From positions 165,292,001-165,356,000 of the forward strand of contig OX597815.1 of assembly GCA_951406725.2 (NCBI GenBank): a stretch of DNA of 64,000 nt. Direction: 5' to 3'. The notes beneath the pieces were generated by a model that saw only the letters and a program-made list of their open reading frames with translations, ran no database searches and was not told the origin of the DNA. A program made the translations under genes and the position numbers. Below are positions 12,230 through 27,342 of the stretch, piece after piece; within the stretch, counting starts at the first letter, position 1, and the number at the start of each line of letters is the position of its first letter. Origin of the DNA: Octopus vulgaris. Taxonomy: Eukaryota.

Positions 12230-12540
12230 TGAAAACAACCGGCGCTCCCACTTTATACAAACATACGGACACGATAAAAATATATGCTATGTTGTGGAAA
12301 TCAGCTGCCCGCTGTACACCAATGAGACCAGCACAATACAGGAGGAAAAAGAAAAAAAACATCTATGGACCATTGATAAAAAGTTTGTAAATCCAGTACC
12401 CAAGATACATTTCGGTTTCGTATCTACTGAAGTTGGATTTTTGGACAGAGAATGCAATTCCCTATTTTATTCGCTATAAATGATCACGATATCTGGGACA
12501 AAATATATCTGCATGATCTAAAAATTTAAAGGATGTTAGG
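12230..12540 (+). pseudogene. Decayed restriction-like endonuclease (RLE) domain of an R2-group (R4/Dong-like) LINE
   Basis: DKNICYVVEISCP..N......EK followed by frameshifted YGPL..S...QYPRY, resembling the PD..E.(S/A)CP..EK..Y RLE pattern. Confidence 0.55.
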
Positions 12541-12899
12541 GAAAACAAGATGCTTTCGATTATGACGTTGCTGGTAAGTAGGTGGCCGGTCAAAATTTAC
12601 TCTAAAAAGAGAAAAATAAAACATACATACAAACATAAATACATCATATATATATACCTATATGAACATCACACATACAAACATACATGTTCATACGATA
12701 CGTGAACAGCTGCTGACATAGCCATGTAGTGATGAAAATCACGAATTTGATCCCAATGCACACAGTACCTTGGGAAAATGTCCTTGGATCTGCCCTGTAA
12801 AGCTTTAAACATGCACTTGCCAATGCTTAGTCATTATAAAATCTCCAACACATTTTCAGTCGCCATCTTAATTTCCTGTTATGGATAAACAAAAGGGAA

Positions 12900-15800
12900 A
12901 TAAACTACACATTATCATTGCTGCTATGCCTTATGAGGTATTCTATTCCAATTTCTTGTTCAAATAATGTCTCATGCAACAGTTTAAACAGTAGTATAAA
13001 TGACACCAGAATAGCAGATAATGTTCCGATTTGAAGGTTCTGGAAACGATATGAGGCCGTTCTTTGTAATCTTCGATAATGTTTTATTAGTTTCGAAAAA
13101 CTCATCATTTAGGGATGTTTTGCAGTTATTGCTCATTCTATAGGTTTCAAATGATACATCTAGATGAGATATTTATATATTATCTGAGCTGGGGAAAGGT
13201 CATCACTAGAATACCAATTAAATTCACATTTCCTCATGCTAGAGAAATAAAATATTGTCTTTAGCGCTCACTATACCTCTTAACTGAGGAGGCGCGTGGC
13301 TTAGTGGTTAGGGTGTCAGCATCATGGTCATAATATTGTGGTTTCGATTCCTGGACCGGGCGATGCGTTGTGTTCTTGAGCAAAACACTTCATTTCACGC
13401 TGGTCCAGTCCACTCAGCTGGCAAAAATGAGTAACGCTGCGATGGACTGGCGTCTCATCCGGCTGGGGAACACATACGCCACAGAAACCGGGAAACCGGG
13501 CCCATGAGCCTGCCTAGGCTCTAAAAGGGCGCATTTTTACTGCGAAGGACTGGCGTCCCGTCCAGCTGGGTGGAACACATACGCCACAGATACAGGGAAA
13601 CCGGGCCCATGAGCGTGGCTATGATTTAAAAGGGCGCATTTTTACCGCGATGGACTGGCGTCCCGTCCAGCTGGGTGGAACACATACGCCACAGAAACCG
13701 GGAAATTGGGCCCATGAGCCTGGCTAGTCTTGAAAAGGGCGAAAAGAAAGACACCTCTTAACTAAGTCTGTTCTTGAGTGACCTTTTTGTACAATGACGG
13801 TGGTCTATCATTTAACCTGTAAATGCATCTCACCAGCGTTTGCATAAGAAGAAACCTTAAGGAGTACTTCTCTCTTCAGGAGAATGCCCTGCAAAAATGG
13901 TGAGATAAAATCAAGAGTCTGCATTCTCTAATTTATATCTAATGCAATTAGCATTACTAACTGCATGATTGTATGGCAGGCATGTTGAAGACTTTGTTTT
14001 TTGAATACTTCAAACTTCCACCTAACGACATTCAAGAAGATGGCCTTTCGTTTACCTTATTACCATTATACTTTTCCGTCACCACATATCTTTAGTTTTC
14101 TGACCAATTTGTGGGAAGACATTCATATACATCCCAATTCTCCAGATTTTGTATTTCTTTATGTTTGGCATCAGTTGCTTCTGCTACTTTCTTGTGCTCA
14201 GCCGATAGTAAAATTATAAGTTTCTGCTCATCAAATTGGAGTTGCTTGAATCGCCTCTTTTCATTTTATTTAAATGATTCCAGTTAACACAGATAGGATC
14301 TTCATCCTCTGCTCCACGACATTAAACTCCACCTATGACTGTATTTTCATTTTGAATTTGATTGTCAAGTCATAGCTTTTCACTTTTACACTCCTCATAT
14401 CTCTTCATTTTATACTCCATCACTTTATCTCTATGTGATTTTCAGTCCTATCTTTTAAATCTAGCAATAATGTCATTAACTTCTACATTATATATTTCAT
14501 TCTCTTCAGCATCTTCTCAACCCAGGACTTTGCTATTCTCGTTAAGTAGATTTTCATACTCTTCATTCACTAGAGCTATATCTTCTACATATCTTTTAGA
14601 TTCTCTTATTACAACTTCCTTATCAGATTCTTTTTTGTTCTGATACGCTATTATCGACTGCTCCTGCGTGCCTAATTAATATAAATTTACCTTCTATGTC
14701 AAACACTTGTAATATAGAGAATAACACTATTGAGCGCTACAACATGATGGCGGCTGAAGTATGAAACATTAGATATTAAGCATGAACATGAGACATCCCC
14801 CGCTTGGATTGTCAGTGCTACAAATGGAGTTCAGAATCACTTAAGATATAATTAGCACACCCTTAATTCTGTCTGACCAAGTAACTAACTACTCTGGAAT
14901 CCCTAACGACTAGTGGTATGGTTAGAATAAATTCAAATGCAGTCTCTGTTTCATAGATGATAAGACTAGTGAAAGAATCATGAGAACACTGAGGTTTAAT
15001 GTGGGAAGTTATGCTACCGAAGTCTTTTTATACTAGTCATCAGATCTGTTATAGAAAACAATGCTTCGAAAGACGCTTTGGTCTTGCTAAAGTGTTATAT
15101 ATTTTGTATTAATTAGCTATCAAGGAACATTCTATAGCATGCAGCCTGCGACAGTTGCATATGGTTCAAAGTTCGGGTTTTCATTCACCTGTAGGTAATA
15201 ATTATGGTCAACTTACACTCATTGTCGCTTATTCACATGAAAAATATATTCTTCATATCTTGAATTTTCTGGGAACAGGATTTCTTAGTAGTGGTATCAA
15301 TAACATATATAAATTCATTGCGAATGTATTTCTTCAAATCAAGACAAGCTGTCTCTTTGAACTTATTTCCAAGAAGCAATCTCACCATTAATTGCAGGAG
15401 ATCTTCGAAAATTATGAAAATCTGCGAAGAGCCACAGACATTTTAAACAAGTTTTCAGAATTCATTATCACTGAATGTGTTGTTCTTCCGAACTAAAAAC
15501 ATCAGTTTCTCATTTGAAGAATGAGCAAACTGGGGGCGGAGTTTTTCAACCCACTTCCTCGACTCTGCTCTGGAGCACTTGGAGCACTAATTTAGAATTT
15601 TTACACGTAACACAATATTCAGAATATAGCAATCTTTTAATAGCTTGTTAGTTAAAAGGCGATAATGACAAAATGATGTAGTTTTCAGTTTTACAAATCT
15701 GCTTAAAACTCAATTGAGATAACTTTTAAAGACCAGCATCATTCTAAGAGTTTTCATTGATTCACAGTAAAGGAGCTGAGCTAAGTCATTTTTCATGGTT

Positions 15801-16620
15801 TTCTTCACTATAAGCTCTGGCAGCTAATGTAATGACAGGAAACCCATTTTATTAGATTTTACAGCCACTCCATCACAATGACTGAAACTTTTATCAAATA
15901 TTCATCACAGTCTCTCAGTGTACCTACAAACACTTCTAACCAGTGTTTCTCGACAATAGTATAGCTACATGCTGAATCTAAAACTGTCATACCATACGTT
16001 ATTTTACCAATAATGTATTTCTATGAGAGTATTTTTATCAGAGTTTCTTCGATTATAACAATATTTGATAAGGAACTTCAGCAATGAATAGTGCTATGAA
16101 TTTGATTAGATTCCTCTAAAGCAGTAATTGTTTTCATATGGTAATCTCTGGCAAAATGCTTAGTAGCTTACACGTAAAACCTTGCATAATCTTATCTTCA
16201 CTGTTAATAGATGCCTCTTTAAATCCTTTACCGCTTCTCTCTCTCTCTCTACCAGATTTGTAGTAATTAAGGCTTACATTTTCTAGTTCAGGTTTTAGAG
16301 GTGGTATTACATAGTTACACAACATAATATATGCAAATACCTTCTTAACGGTGTCAATGATGGCTTAATTTGTGAGGGTCCTACAAATAGTATGCACTAG
16401 CTTTTCATTTTCATCCGATAGCATTTAGTTAAAAAACACTCAAATGCTTTACAATTTTCAACATCTTTTAATAAATTTATACAGAACAAGAAAATTATTA
16501 AAATTGGAGCTTGAAGTGTTTCTGTAAGAATATAATCTCTTAGAAGTTTAGTAGGTTCTCGTATTCCTATCTTGAAGGTAAGTTTAATCAAGTTCATTTT
16601 TATAAGACTGCGACCAGTCT
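12900..16620 (-). mobile_element. Heavily decayed Ty1/Copia (GalEa-like) LTR retrotransposon internal region
   Basis: Minus-strand fragments in Copia order: protease VLDSACSYT..W (~15930-16000), integrase FKETACLDLK..IYVID (~15290-15370), RT FLQGILLKREVLLK (~13855-13900). Interrupted by a SINE. Confidence 0.65.
13289..13752 (+). mobile_element. tRNA-derived SINE, family C, with triplicated 3' module and 14-bp TSD
   Basis: Head gaggcgcgtggcttagtggttaggg..gtttcgattcc. A ~105-bp unit (gcgatggactggcgtc...aaaagggcg) is repeated three times. TSD acctcttaact(g/a)ag at 13275-13288 and 13753-13766. Confidence 0.88.
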
Positions 16621-17149
16621 CTTTGCTAATACCAGCGGTGCTAGGTCACCAATATGCTATTGTACGCTAAGGGAAAAATAAGAAGACAAAAGGACTTCGC
16701 TTTGTTTTTTTGGCAGATCTGTAAAGAGACAGGATTGGTTGTTGCTTGCCAAAATTCGCAATCCGATCAACTCTAAGATTGCTGAAAGAAAGCAGCTTCT
16801 GTAAGTGTTTTAAATTTTTTCTCAGATCTGCACCTGCTAGTGCTTAGTCATTGTAAAACATCTCGTACGCTTTTAGCTACCGCCTTAAATTCTTATAAAA
16901 AAAAAGGGAGTTAAATCGTACATAAACGGGCTTAAACCTTGTGAGTGAAAATACAACAGAAACTGTGTAGAAGGTTGTTAGATTGTCTTTCCTTTCTAGG
17001 CAAAGGCCAGCCGAGCCGTCTCACTTGTAATGTCGTGCTGATGCTACCTGAGCGCTACGACAAGAATACAAGTGTCTGTGGAAAACTCACTCACTTAAAT
17101 CATTATTCAATGAATATGAAATAGTTTTAAGATACATCTTGCGGATGCT

Positions 17150-17600
17150 CTGGGATTCATCGTCAGTGATGTTTCTAGGATTTCAAGGGGTTTGGGGTCT
17201 TTCAACAACATTTGCCTAGACGACTCAGCCAGAGTTGATCAAGCTTGCATCCCAATGGCAGTAAATCACTTGTTTGCTCTCTTTATTCAAAACTATCTAA
17301 AGGCCTTCTTTGCAGGTTAAGTGAAGGAATTTATAGTTTTCCGTTTTGCTGCACCATTAACTCCAAGCTTAGTCAGAGCTTTCAAGAATGAACGTCCCAC
17401 AGAACCTCGTCAGCTCACTCTTATTACCTCGATTTCTGCGCTGCTCCACCAGCTACTGGTATCTGGCTAGCTGCCTCTCATGGGTTTCCTCCATGTGCTC
17501 ATCCCAGGGGACAGTCAGTTCCCACATGATCACTTGTTTGGTGGAATTTGAGAAGATCAGTACATCTTGGCGGAGTGTTGTCCAATGAATATGGAACACT
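17150..17600 (-). pseudogene. 3' end of HERO-like (R2-group) LINE: RLE domain plus 3' UTR
   Basis: Minus strand TTLRQDVLIFSNSTKQVIMWELTVPWDEHMEETHERQLARYQ..GRSFLKALTKLGVNG..KR, with stop codons. Confidence 0.8.
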
Positions 17601-18406
17601 ATTTCTCAAGCAACTGATATATTTACACATCGTTGAAATCGACGGAAGATCAGTTTACTTTGGACAATATTCTTTTTCAAATAATCATGTGTATCAAATA
17701 AATATAGATTTCTTTTGATTAGGTATAATCAATAATGTTTTATAGGAATGGATAATAGTAAGTTGAATCAACACTGGTGTGATGAAAGGTAAGATCATCT
17801 TCCCAGAGGGATTTGAACTTCGATTAGTTAGGTATCGATATAATACAATAAAAATTCTACCCCAATGTCACCTACTGAATCAACCATTTCCTCGTTTCTG
17901 CTATAGATAGTTATAATAAATCAAAACCAGAATGAAATAACGAATTCAAGTGTATGATGGAAAATGTCCACCATTAATCTCGACTTCTTAATGACAGCCA
18001 TATTTTGTGTTGATTTATCTTCGAAAAAGCTGATGTTTCATTGCATCGCAACTCAGAGTTTCTCACAAACTATGATCACCCAAGCAACAGAAAAATAATA
18101 TTTTTGTCTTTGGGTGTTTGCACGTAATGATAAACTTGAAGTTGCAAGATAGAGTGAATCGTTAGCTTTTTACTCGTACACTTTTTAGTCGATTGGATCT
18201 GAATTCAGAAAACAAACAGCCGTAATTAAATAGCATGAAATATTTTGTACGACTCTCCAATGTCGTTTCTCTCTCAATCCAACAACCTTTAAATTGCTTA
18301 CGTAAACAAAGAAAATTGAAAAAACAAAGTTAATTTTTAAAATATAGCAATATTTTGATACACTAAAAAAAATAATAGAATGAAAACGGTCACACAAGCA
18401 TGTGTG

Positions 18407-18471
<65 letters not shown>

Positions 18472-18481
18472 GTATATATAT

Positions 18482-18647
18482 AGGCGCAGGAGTGGCTGTG
18501 TGGTACGTAGCTTGTTTACCAACCACATGGTTCCGGGTTCAGTCCCACTGCGTGACACCTTGGGCAAGTGTCTTCTGCTATAGCCTCGGGCCGACCAATG
18601 CCTTGTGAGTGGATTTGGTAGACGGAAACTGAAAGAAGCCTGTCGTA

Positions 18648-18710
<63 letters not shown>

Positions 18711-18925
18711 ATGTTTGTGTGTCTGTATTTGTCCCCCTAGCATTGCTTGACAACCGATGCTGGTGTGTTTATGTCCCCGTCACTTAGCGGTTCGGCAAAA
18801 GAGACCGATAGAATAAGTATTGGGCTTACAAAGAATAAGTCCCGGGGTCGATTTGCTCGACTAAAGGCGGTGCTCCAGCATGGTTTCAGTCAAATGACTG
18901 AAACAAGTAAAAGTAAAGTAAAGTA
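18482..18925 (+). mobile_element. SINE family A, full length, young
   Basis: Near-identical to the 24292, 32515, 45335 and 62122 copies. Preceded by (TA)n. Confidence 0.92.
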
Positions 18926-18927
18926 AG

Positions 18928-18979
<52 letters not shown>

Positions 18980-19289
18980 TATGAGAAGTGAAGGCGCATG
19001 GCTCAGTGATGTATCTATACATACATACAATCTCGGACTGGGCTGCGTGTTGTATTCTTGAGCAAGACACTTTATTTCACGTTGCTCCAGTTCACTCAGC
19101 TGTAGAAATGAGTCGCGACGTAACAGGTGGAAAGCTGTATCGGCCCTTGACTTTCCGTTGGATAACATCGGTGGCGTGGAGAGGCGAGGCTGGGCGACTG
19201 CAGGTATTCCATAAACAACCTTGGGAGGGTAACTTCCTAGGTGCAATCCCATGTTCCGTCATGACCGATGGGGTTCTCGGCAAATATAT

Positions 19290-19502
19290 AAAAGTGTGCG
19301 GGAAAGTTTCTGGCTGTGGGTAAAAGAAAATACAAGAGGATTACTTAATTATTTTATTTAACATATTTCCCTCTCAGATTCTCACTCTTATTGCAGCAGT
19401 CCTTCAGGTTTCTAAACCATGCATAAAACCTCTGGAGGTTGGGCCTCCAACCAGGTTTTTCCTCGATACCCTTAAAGCCAGGAACTTTTCAGTAACCCTC
19501 GA
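19290..19502. mobile_element. Mariner-derived MITE (degenerate TIRs)
   Basis: gaaagtttctggct ... agccaggaacttttcagtaaccctcg inverted ends. Confidence 0.5.
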
Positions 19503-19510
19503 ATGTGTGC

Positions 19511-19545
<35 letters not shown>

Positions 19546-19733
19546 TGTATGTATGCATATTTTGCCGTAACTGCACACTCAATATACTGGGAGAGCCAAA
19601 AGTTGCGTACAAAATCCCAAATCGGATAAAATAAATATAACGATGAATATACACGTACTGGTACGTGTATATTCATCAAAATAAATAAATAAATAAATAA
19701 ATAAATTCATTAATAATAATGATGATGATGATG

Positions 19734-19765
<32 letters not shown>

Positions 19766-20085
19766 TATTATTATTATTATTATTATCATTATTGATATTA
19801 TTATTATTATTGTTGTTGTTGTTTTTTGTTGTTGTTGTTGTTATTATTATTATTATTCTTTCTACAAGAGGCACAAGCCCTGAAATTTGTGTAGAGGAGG
19901 TAAGACGATCATGCCGACCCCAGTCATTGACTGGTACTTAATTTATTGATTCCGAAAGTATGAAAGGCAAAGTCGACCTCGGCGACATTTGAACTCAGAA
20001 CGCAGCGTCAGAAGAAATGCTGCTAAGCATTTTATCCGCGAGGTAACAGTTCTGCCAGTTCGCCGCCTTAACAATGATGATGATG

Positions 20086-20164
<79 letters not shown>

Positions 20165-20166
<2 letters not shown>

Positions 20167-20590
20167 GGCTACAGCAAATATTCTGTTCTATAATACAGAT
20201 TTGCTTGTAAGTTGTTTGACCTTAACCAGTTCAGCATGTCCTTAGGTGGCTGACGATATGCGTATTTCGAGCATCATAGCCATGCGTTCAGAGAGATTCT
20301 CTGGAGTTTGAATAATTTACCTCTGGAAACGTGGGTGTTTCATTCAACATCTTTAAGCAAGGACCATTTGAGAGGGATGGGTTACTCAACCTGAAGAAAA
20401 TTCCATCTAGGCCGCACCTGCAAGGTCATGTGCTGTTTATCTTGATATGAGATCACCAAGTCGCGCACATATGGTTGTGATGCATGTGCCTGGTGTAACC
20501 TTATCAGACGGGTAGTCATGATGGGTATACTGGGCTTTGTATATTTTACCCCAGTGTCACTTTGATGGCATGCCTTTCCCTCTCACTCAA
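20165..20590. mobile_element. ~425-bp non-coding segment embedded in (AAT)n
   Basis: Sharp boundaries against (AAT)n tracts on both sides, higher GC than flanks, no ORF in the track. Confidence 0.5.
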
Positions 20591-20591
20591 T

Positions 20592-20631
<40 letters not shown>

Positions 20632-21237
20632 GTAATAGTAATGATAATAATAATTGTAACGTAATATAAATACGATGTGAAATGAAGGAAGAAAAATAAG
20701 AATGTAAAACGAACGTGTAGAAAAAGAATGAATCAAATAATGAAGAACATAAAAACAAATGAAGACTCATACTACCAATTATTCTTTAGTATTATTTATA
20801 TTCCGAAATAGCTTCCCCAAAATTCTTCCTGCCTAATAGAACTGCTACGCATTGGTCTCACTTTGGAATGTCAAGATTAATAAAAGTTCTCATAACTTCA
20901 TTCTTTACATGCGTGGGGCCATTTTTATGCTAATCTTGGCAATTGAGTTTTATATCGGTATTCTTGAACCAATGCTTGGCATCTGAAAATTTTTGTTTTT
21001 ATACAGCTTCTGAAGCAAAGTGGTTGAGAATATTTCTCTTCCTCTTTTCTCTTTGTACTAATAGTATACAAGATCATTGTAGCAGTATCGTGGAGAAAGA
21101 AGTAAACTTGCAGCGAACTGAGGCTGTGATATAAATTTCGATTCTCGGTTGGAGCGATTTTGCTTCAATTTTTCCATTGGATACGTGTATTCCATGCATT
21201 TCTTTCCTTATTCTTCTTAATTTCATATTCAAACTTC

Positions 21238-21612
21238 GGATCTTTACCTTTTGACCGACAGATTTAAATAATATTTTTTTTGTAACTAAACACTTTCAAA
21301 CTTCGTATACTGGTAGAATGTGTTACATAAAACATCTTTTACTCTTGGCGTTGTTGAGAAAATTCTGTATTTTGGAAGTTATTTTTTGTTAAAGTTGTCG
21401 TATTTCGGTAATTTCAACCAATCAATGACGTGTATTCAGCTGAATAAAATTACTGCTGTTGTTTGTCAACAACAACTTCTGGTGGTGTATATTTCGCTTG
21501 TCACTGTTATTTATGACATACTTAATCTTAGTTACGTTTGTATACGAGGTTTGAAAACGTTTAGTCACAAAAAAATTATTTTAAAAATTTTTCGGTCAAA
21601 AGGTAAAGATCC
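21238..21612. mobile_element. MITE with ~72-bp TIRs and 8-bp TSD (Merlin-like)
   Basis: ggatctttaccttttgaccga...tcggtcaaaaggtaaagatcc. Flanks caaacttc / cagacttc. TIRs begin with GG. Confidence 0.8.
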
Positions 21613-23469
21613 CAGACTTCTAATCCTGGAAAATATCAGGAAGAAATGATTATCTCCCTTGTATTAACACTCCGCTGGGGCGATGCCACGTACTCCACTT
21701 TGATCTTTCAGGAAGCAATGAACGCTGTACAGTATTGTTTTTGTTTCTATAAAAGTTTGTGGAAGGTGGCGAATTAGCAGAGTTCTGAGAGAGTTGTCCC
21801 GCAGTATTCATTCCGGCTCTCCTTAGTCTGAGTTCCAATACAATAGAGGTCAACTTTGCCTTTCATCCTTTCCGAGATGAGAAGGTGCAGATGTTTGGAT
21901 GCTGAGGATTTGGCATGACTTACTGGAAATTCCATCTGTTTGAGTGACAGTATGTATTGATACTGGAGGCAAAGACACAGAAATACACTCACGCGCGCAG
22001 AAATATACACATACAGATAGATACGTACAAAGTGGTACTTCGTTAGTTACGACATCGCGGGTTCCAGTTGATCCGAACAACGGAACAACCTGCTCGTGAA
22101 ATTAACGTGCAGGTGGCTGAGCACTCCACAGACGCGTGTACTCTTAACGTAGTTAATTCTGGGTACTACTCCAAGTAGTACTCATTTTCGCCAGGTGAGT
22201 GAACTGGAGCAACGTGAAATAAGCGTCTTGTTCAAGGACACAACGCGCCGCCGGGTATCGAACCCATGACTTTACGATCGTGAGCCGGATACCATTAACT
22301 ATTAAGCCACGCGTCTTCACGGTACCTACAAACATAACCAAACGCTCACACACATAAGCAGAAAGAGAGAGAAAGAGAGAGAGAGAAAGAAAGAGAAGAG
22401 AGAGAAAGAGAGAGACATTAAAATGAAAAGAACATTAAAACGTCTAATATCAAATAAATTAATGTCAAATCAGCTACGCCAAATGGGCGGTGGCAAAACG
22501 GCTGTGCCAGAATCTCTCATACCCATAAAGATCTACTAATCCTGGGTGGTGGATTGGCGGAAGTGTTAAAGAGCCGGATGAGATATTAGGACCAGGTCAG
22601 TGGCCTGTCCTTTCGTTAAGCATAGGTGGTGTGGAGAGGAGAGACTTTACTGCGTAACAACTGCTTGTCTTCCAAAAAAAAAAAAGATTTTCTCCAGACC
22701 TGAACATGTATGTGCAGATGCAAGGAAAGCAATTTGTAGTTATTTTATTTTATAGAAGATATGATATGCATGAGGTGATAATCTTGTTAAATCACATCTC
22801 AGTTCTGCTTATATTTCAACTGCAATATGGCCTTGTGCGAAAATTTGGTGTCAATATTTCAACCGGGATAAGGCGGCGAGCTGGCAAAATGCCCACGGCA
22901 TAACATGCTTACCGGCATTTCGTCAGTATTTACATTCTGAGTTCAATTTCTGTTGAGGTTAACTTTGCCTTTCATCATTTCGGGGGTCGATAAAATAAGC
23001 ACCAGTTGAGCATTAGGGTCGATGTAATCGACCTGCGCCCACTCCCAAAATTGCTGGCCTTCTACTAAAATTTGAAACCAATATTTAAATTGGAACACAA
23101 ATCCACCACAGCTGCCGAACTATCAATGATTTATTGCAATGGAAGACATAGTACTTGTAGGTGATGTAAGTATAAGAGTGTGCCCTCTTTAAATCTAATG
23201 GTATCCCTACAGCTAAACGTAAACTTTATATATGACTGCGTGCGCCATCGAAGCATAAAGATCAATTCAAAGATGTTCCATAGTTTATAAAATGAAGAGA
23301 AAATAATGAATCACACCCGGGTAATGAATCGATCCAAAACAAACGGAAGCAGGCTGGAATGTGAGCATACCTATCACTAGTAATGCAGTTTTCCTCATCA
23401 AAAGTTAATTATCTGACACTAAAGTGTAGTAAACCATCAGGGTAGATCCTGAATTTCCTTAACATTGGT

Positions 23470-23505
<36 letters not shown>

Positions 23506-23967
23506 TACACACATACACACATACATACACACACACACACTACATATACATACACGCACACACACATACTTCGAACTACCAGTACCTATTACTGACTATT
23601 CTCCTACGCACGTGTGTAAGTAAACACACAACAGACAGCCACTCCTACCAAAATTCTTACTATAAATTCTTCCTATGACCGTAAACGATACTAAGCCCAA
23701 CCACACACATAGATAAACAGCCACAACCACACACACACACAGAGGCACACGTGCTATCATTACATACACACATACACACACACAGACCTGCGCCCACGCA
23801 CGTACCTACACATACACACACATACCTCCTTCTCTTGCAATCTCCTGTCTTTGAAAGAACTTTTTCTTCACCCATTCCCTTCCGGTCATTTCAATATGTG
23901 ACCGCGTGTGTATCATTGGCGATTTTCTTTCTCCGTCTTCCCTTCCTTGAACCTTTCTTTTTTCAAT

Positions 23968-24002
23968 GTTTCTGACGATGAGCTCCACTCGAAATGTTAA
24001 AT
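23968..24002 (+). ncRNA. Minimal type I hammerhead in Penelope-like 3' region
   Basis: gttt-CTGACGA-t-gag(ctcca)ctc-GAAA-tg-TT-aaat. The element ends ~100 nt later at tttggattaac(TA)n. Confidence 0.6.
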
Positions 24003-24108
24003 CCTCCTTCTTTCTTTCCTTTCTTGAGCGCCCAATAACAGTATACTTGTTCCACGTCCTCGCGTTGTGTTTTCTCCTTGTTCATGTTTGGATTAACTAT
24101 ATATATAT

Positions 24109-24231
24109 ATCACCGTGATCACCGTGACCGACCAGGCTATCAGATGTTGCTACACATCGCTGGTCACAAAGCGCTTGGCATTGTTTTAGCCTTCAAATGA
24201 CGCCACCCCGCTGGCTAAGCGAGCAGGCCAA
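24109..24231 (-). mobile_element. Short non-autonomous element sharing the RTE 3' tail, in (TA)n
   Basis: Minus strand ends gtgaccagcgatgt...ctggtcggtcacggtgatcacggtgat, matching the RTE tail. The upstream part is unrelated to the RTE ORF. Confidence 0.75.
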
Positions 24232-24235
24232 TATA

Positions 24236-24285
<50 letters not shown>

Positions 24286-24291
24286 TACTCT

Positions 24292-24506
24292 CTCTTTTAC
24301 TCTTTTACTTGTTTCAGTCATTTGACTGCGGCCATGCTGGAGCACCGCCTTTAGTCGAGCAACTCGACCCCAGGACTTATTCTTTGTAAGCCCAGTACTT
24401 ATTCTATCGGTCTCTTTTGCCGAACCGCTAAGTGACGGGGACGTAAACACACCAGCATCGGTTGTCAAGCAATGCTAGGGGGACAAACACAGATACACAA
24501 ACACAT

Positions 24507-24555
<49 letters not shown>

Positions 24556-24715
24556 TACGACATGCTTCTTTCAGTTTCCGTCTACCAAATCCACTCACAA
24601 GGCATTGGTCGGCCCGGGGCTATAGCAGAAGACACTTGCCCAAGATGCCACGCAGTGGGACTGAACCCGGAACCATGTGGTTGGTTAGCAAGCTACTTAC
24701 CACACAGCCACTCCT
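24292..24715 (-). mobile_element. SINE family A, near full length
   Basis: Reverse complement of the 18482-18925 copy. Confidence 0.92.
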
Positions 24716-25039
24716 GTGTGTTTGTGCATGCGCGCGTGTGTGTAAATATGTTGATTACACGTTATAACTTCAGAAAAAAACAAAGTATTCTCAAGAAAAT
24801 CAACAAAGACCTTTTTACGAGGGAAAATAGCAGTGGTAAAACGCCAAGACTACTTGAAACACATTAAACTCACAATCCTTGTGCTGTAGAACACAAGAAA
24901 AGAAGCGCACCATTACCGATAATAGGAATATTCTCAAGGCTTTAAGTACTAAAATTTTTTATACGTGATCAAATGAATATCATGAAAAAAAAAACCCAAA
25001 ATATACTGTCAACTTCCAAAGTTCTTGCAAAAGAATCAA

Positions 25040-25380
25040 GTTAAAACGCTATATTATTATCATCTTCATTTTAAAAGACAGCATTCATTTAATTATTTAT
25101 GTAGACGAATGAGAAATGTAAAGTTGGCTCCTGTTGAAGAATTTAAACATTATCTAGATATATTTCTCTTTCACGTCCCAGACTTAACCATCGTTAGCAG
25201 AAGATAATCGATACATTGTTATAGAGCAGACTCCAATAGCGAAGCGATACGTCAATTACGAACGGATACAAACGAGAGTGAAAAACCAGAAAAGCAAACA
25301 TTAAACATGACAAGATGATGTACTTAAGGTGGCACTTCAGTATGGTCAGTGCTCACATTGTTGTTCGAACCATTTCAAGA
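25040..25380 (+). pseudogene. Decayed CR1/L2-like LINE 3' end
   Basis: MRNVKLAPVEEFKHYLDIFLFHVPD resembles the CR1 ORF2 C-terminal FK..LD.FL..VPD. Confidence 0.5.
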
Positions 25381-25575
25381 ACAATCGAACGATTGTTATA
25401 AATATTACGTATCTATTCCCTGATCAATTATATAACACCACCACACCTGCACGCCCACTCACATACACACCAGTACGCCCGCCCACACACACACTCACGT
25501 ACACTCATAGACGCATGCTCCATATATTTTACTATGTGTGTGTGTGTATATATATATACATACACACATGTATGC

Positions 25576-25640
<65 letters not shown>

Positions 25641-25644
25641 CCTT

Positions 25645-25736
<92 letters not shown>

Positions 25737-25749
25737 CCTATCTATCTAC

Positions 25750-27341
<1,592 letters not shown>

Positions 27342-27342
27342 A

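Noticed and set aside
18482-18550. tRNA-like A/B boxes
   Set aside because: These are SINE heads with no complete cloverleaf, and they continue into the SINE body.
25538-25827. N-terminal extension of the 427-aa ORF (YLSI repeats fused to Tx1 ORF2)
   Set aside because: Chance in-frame read-through of the (TATC)n target; not a real start.
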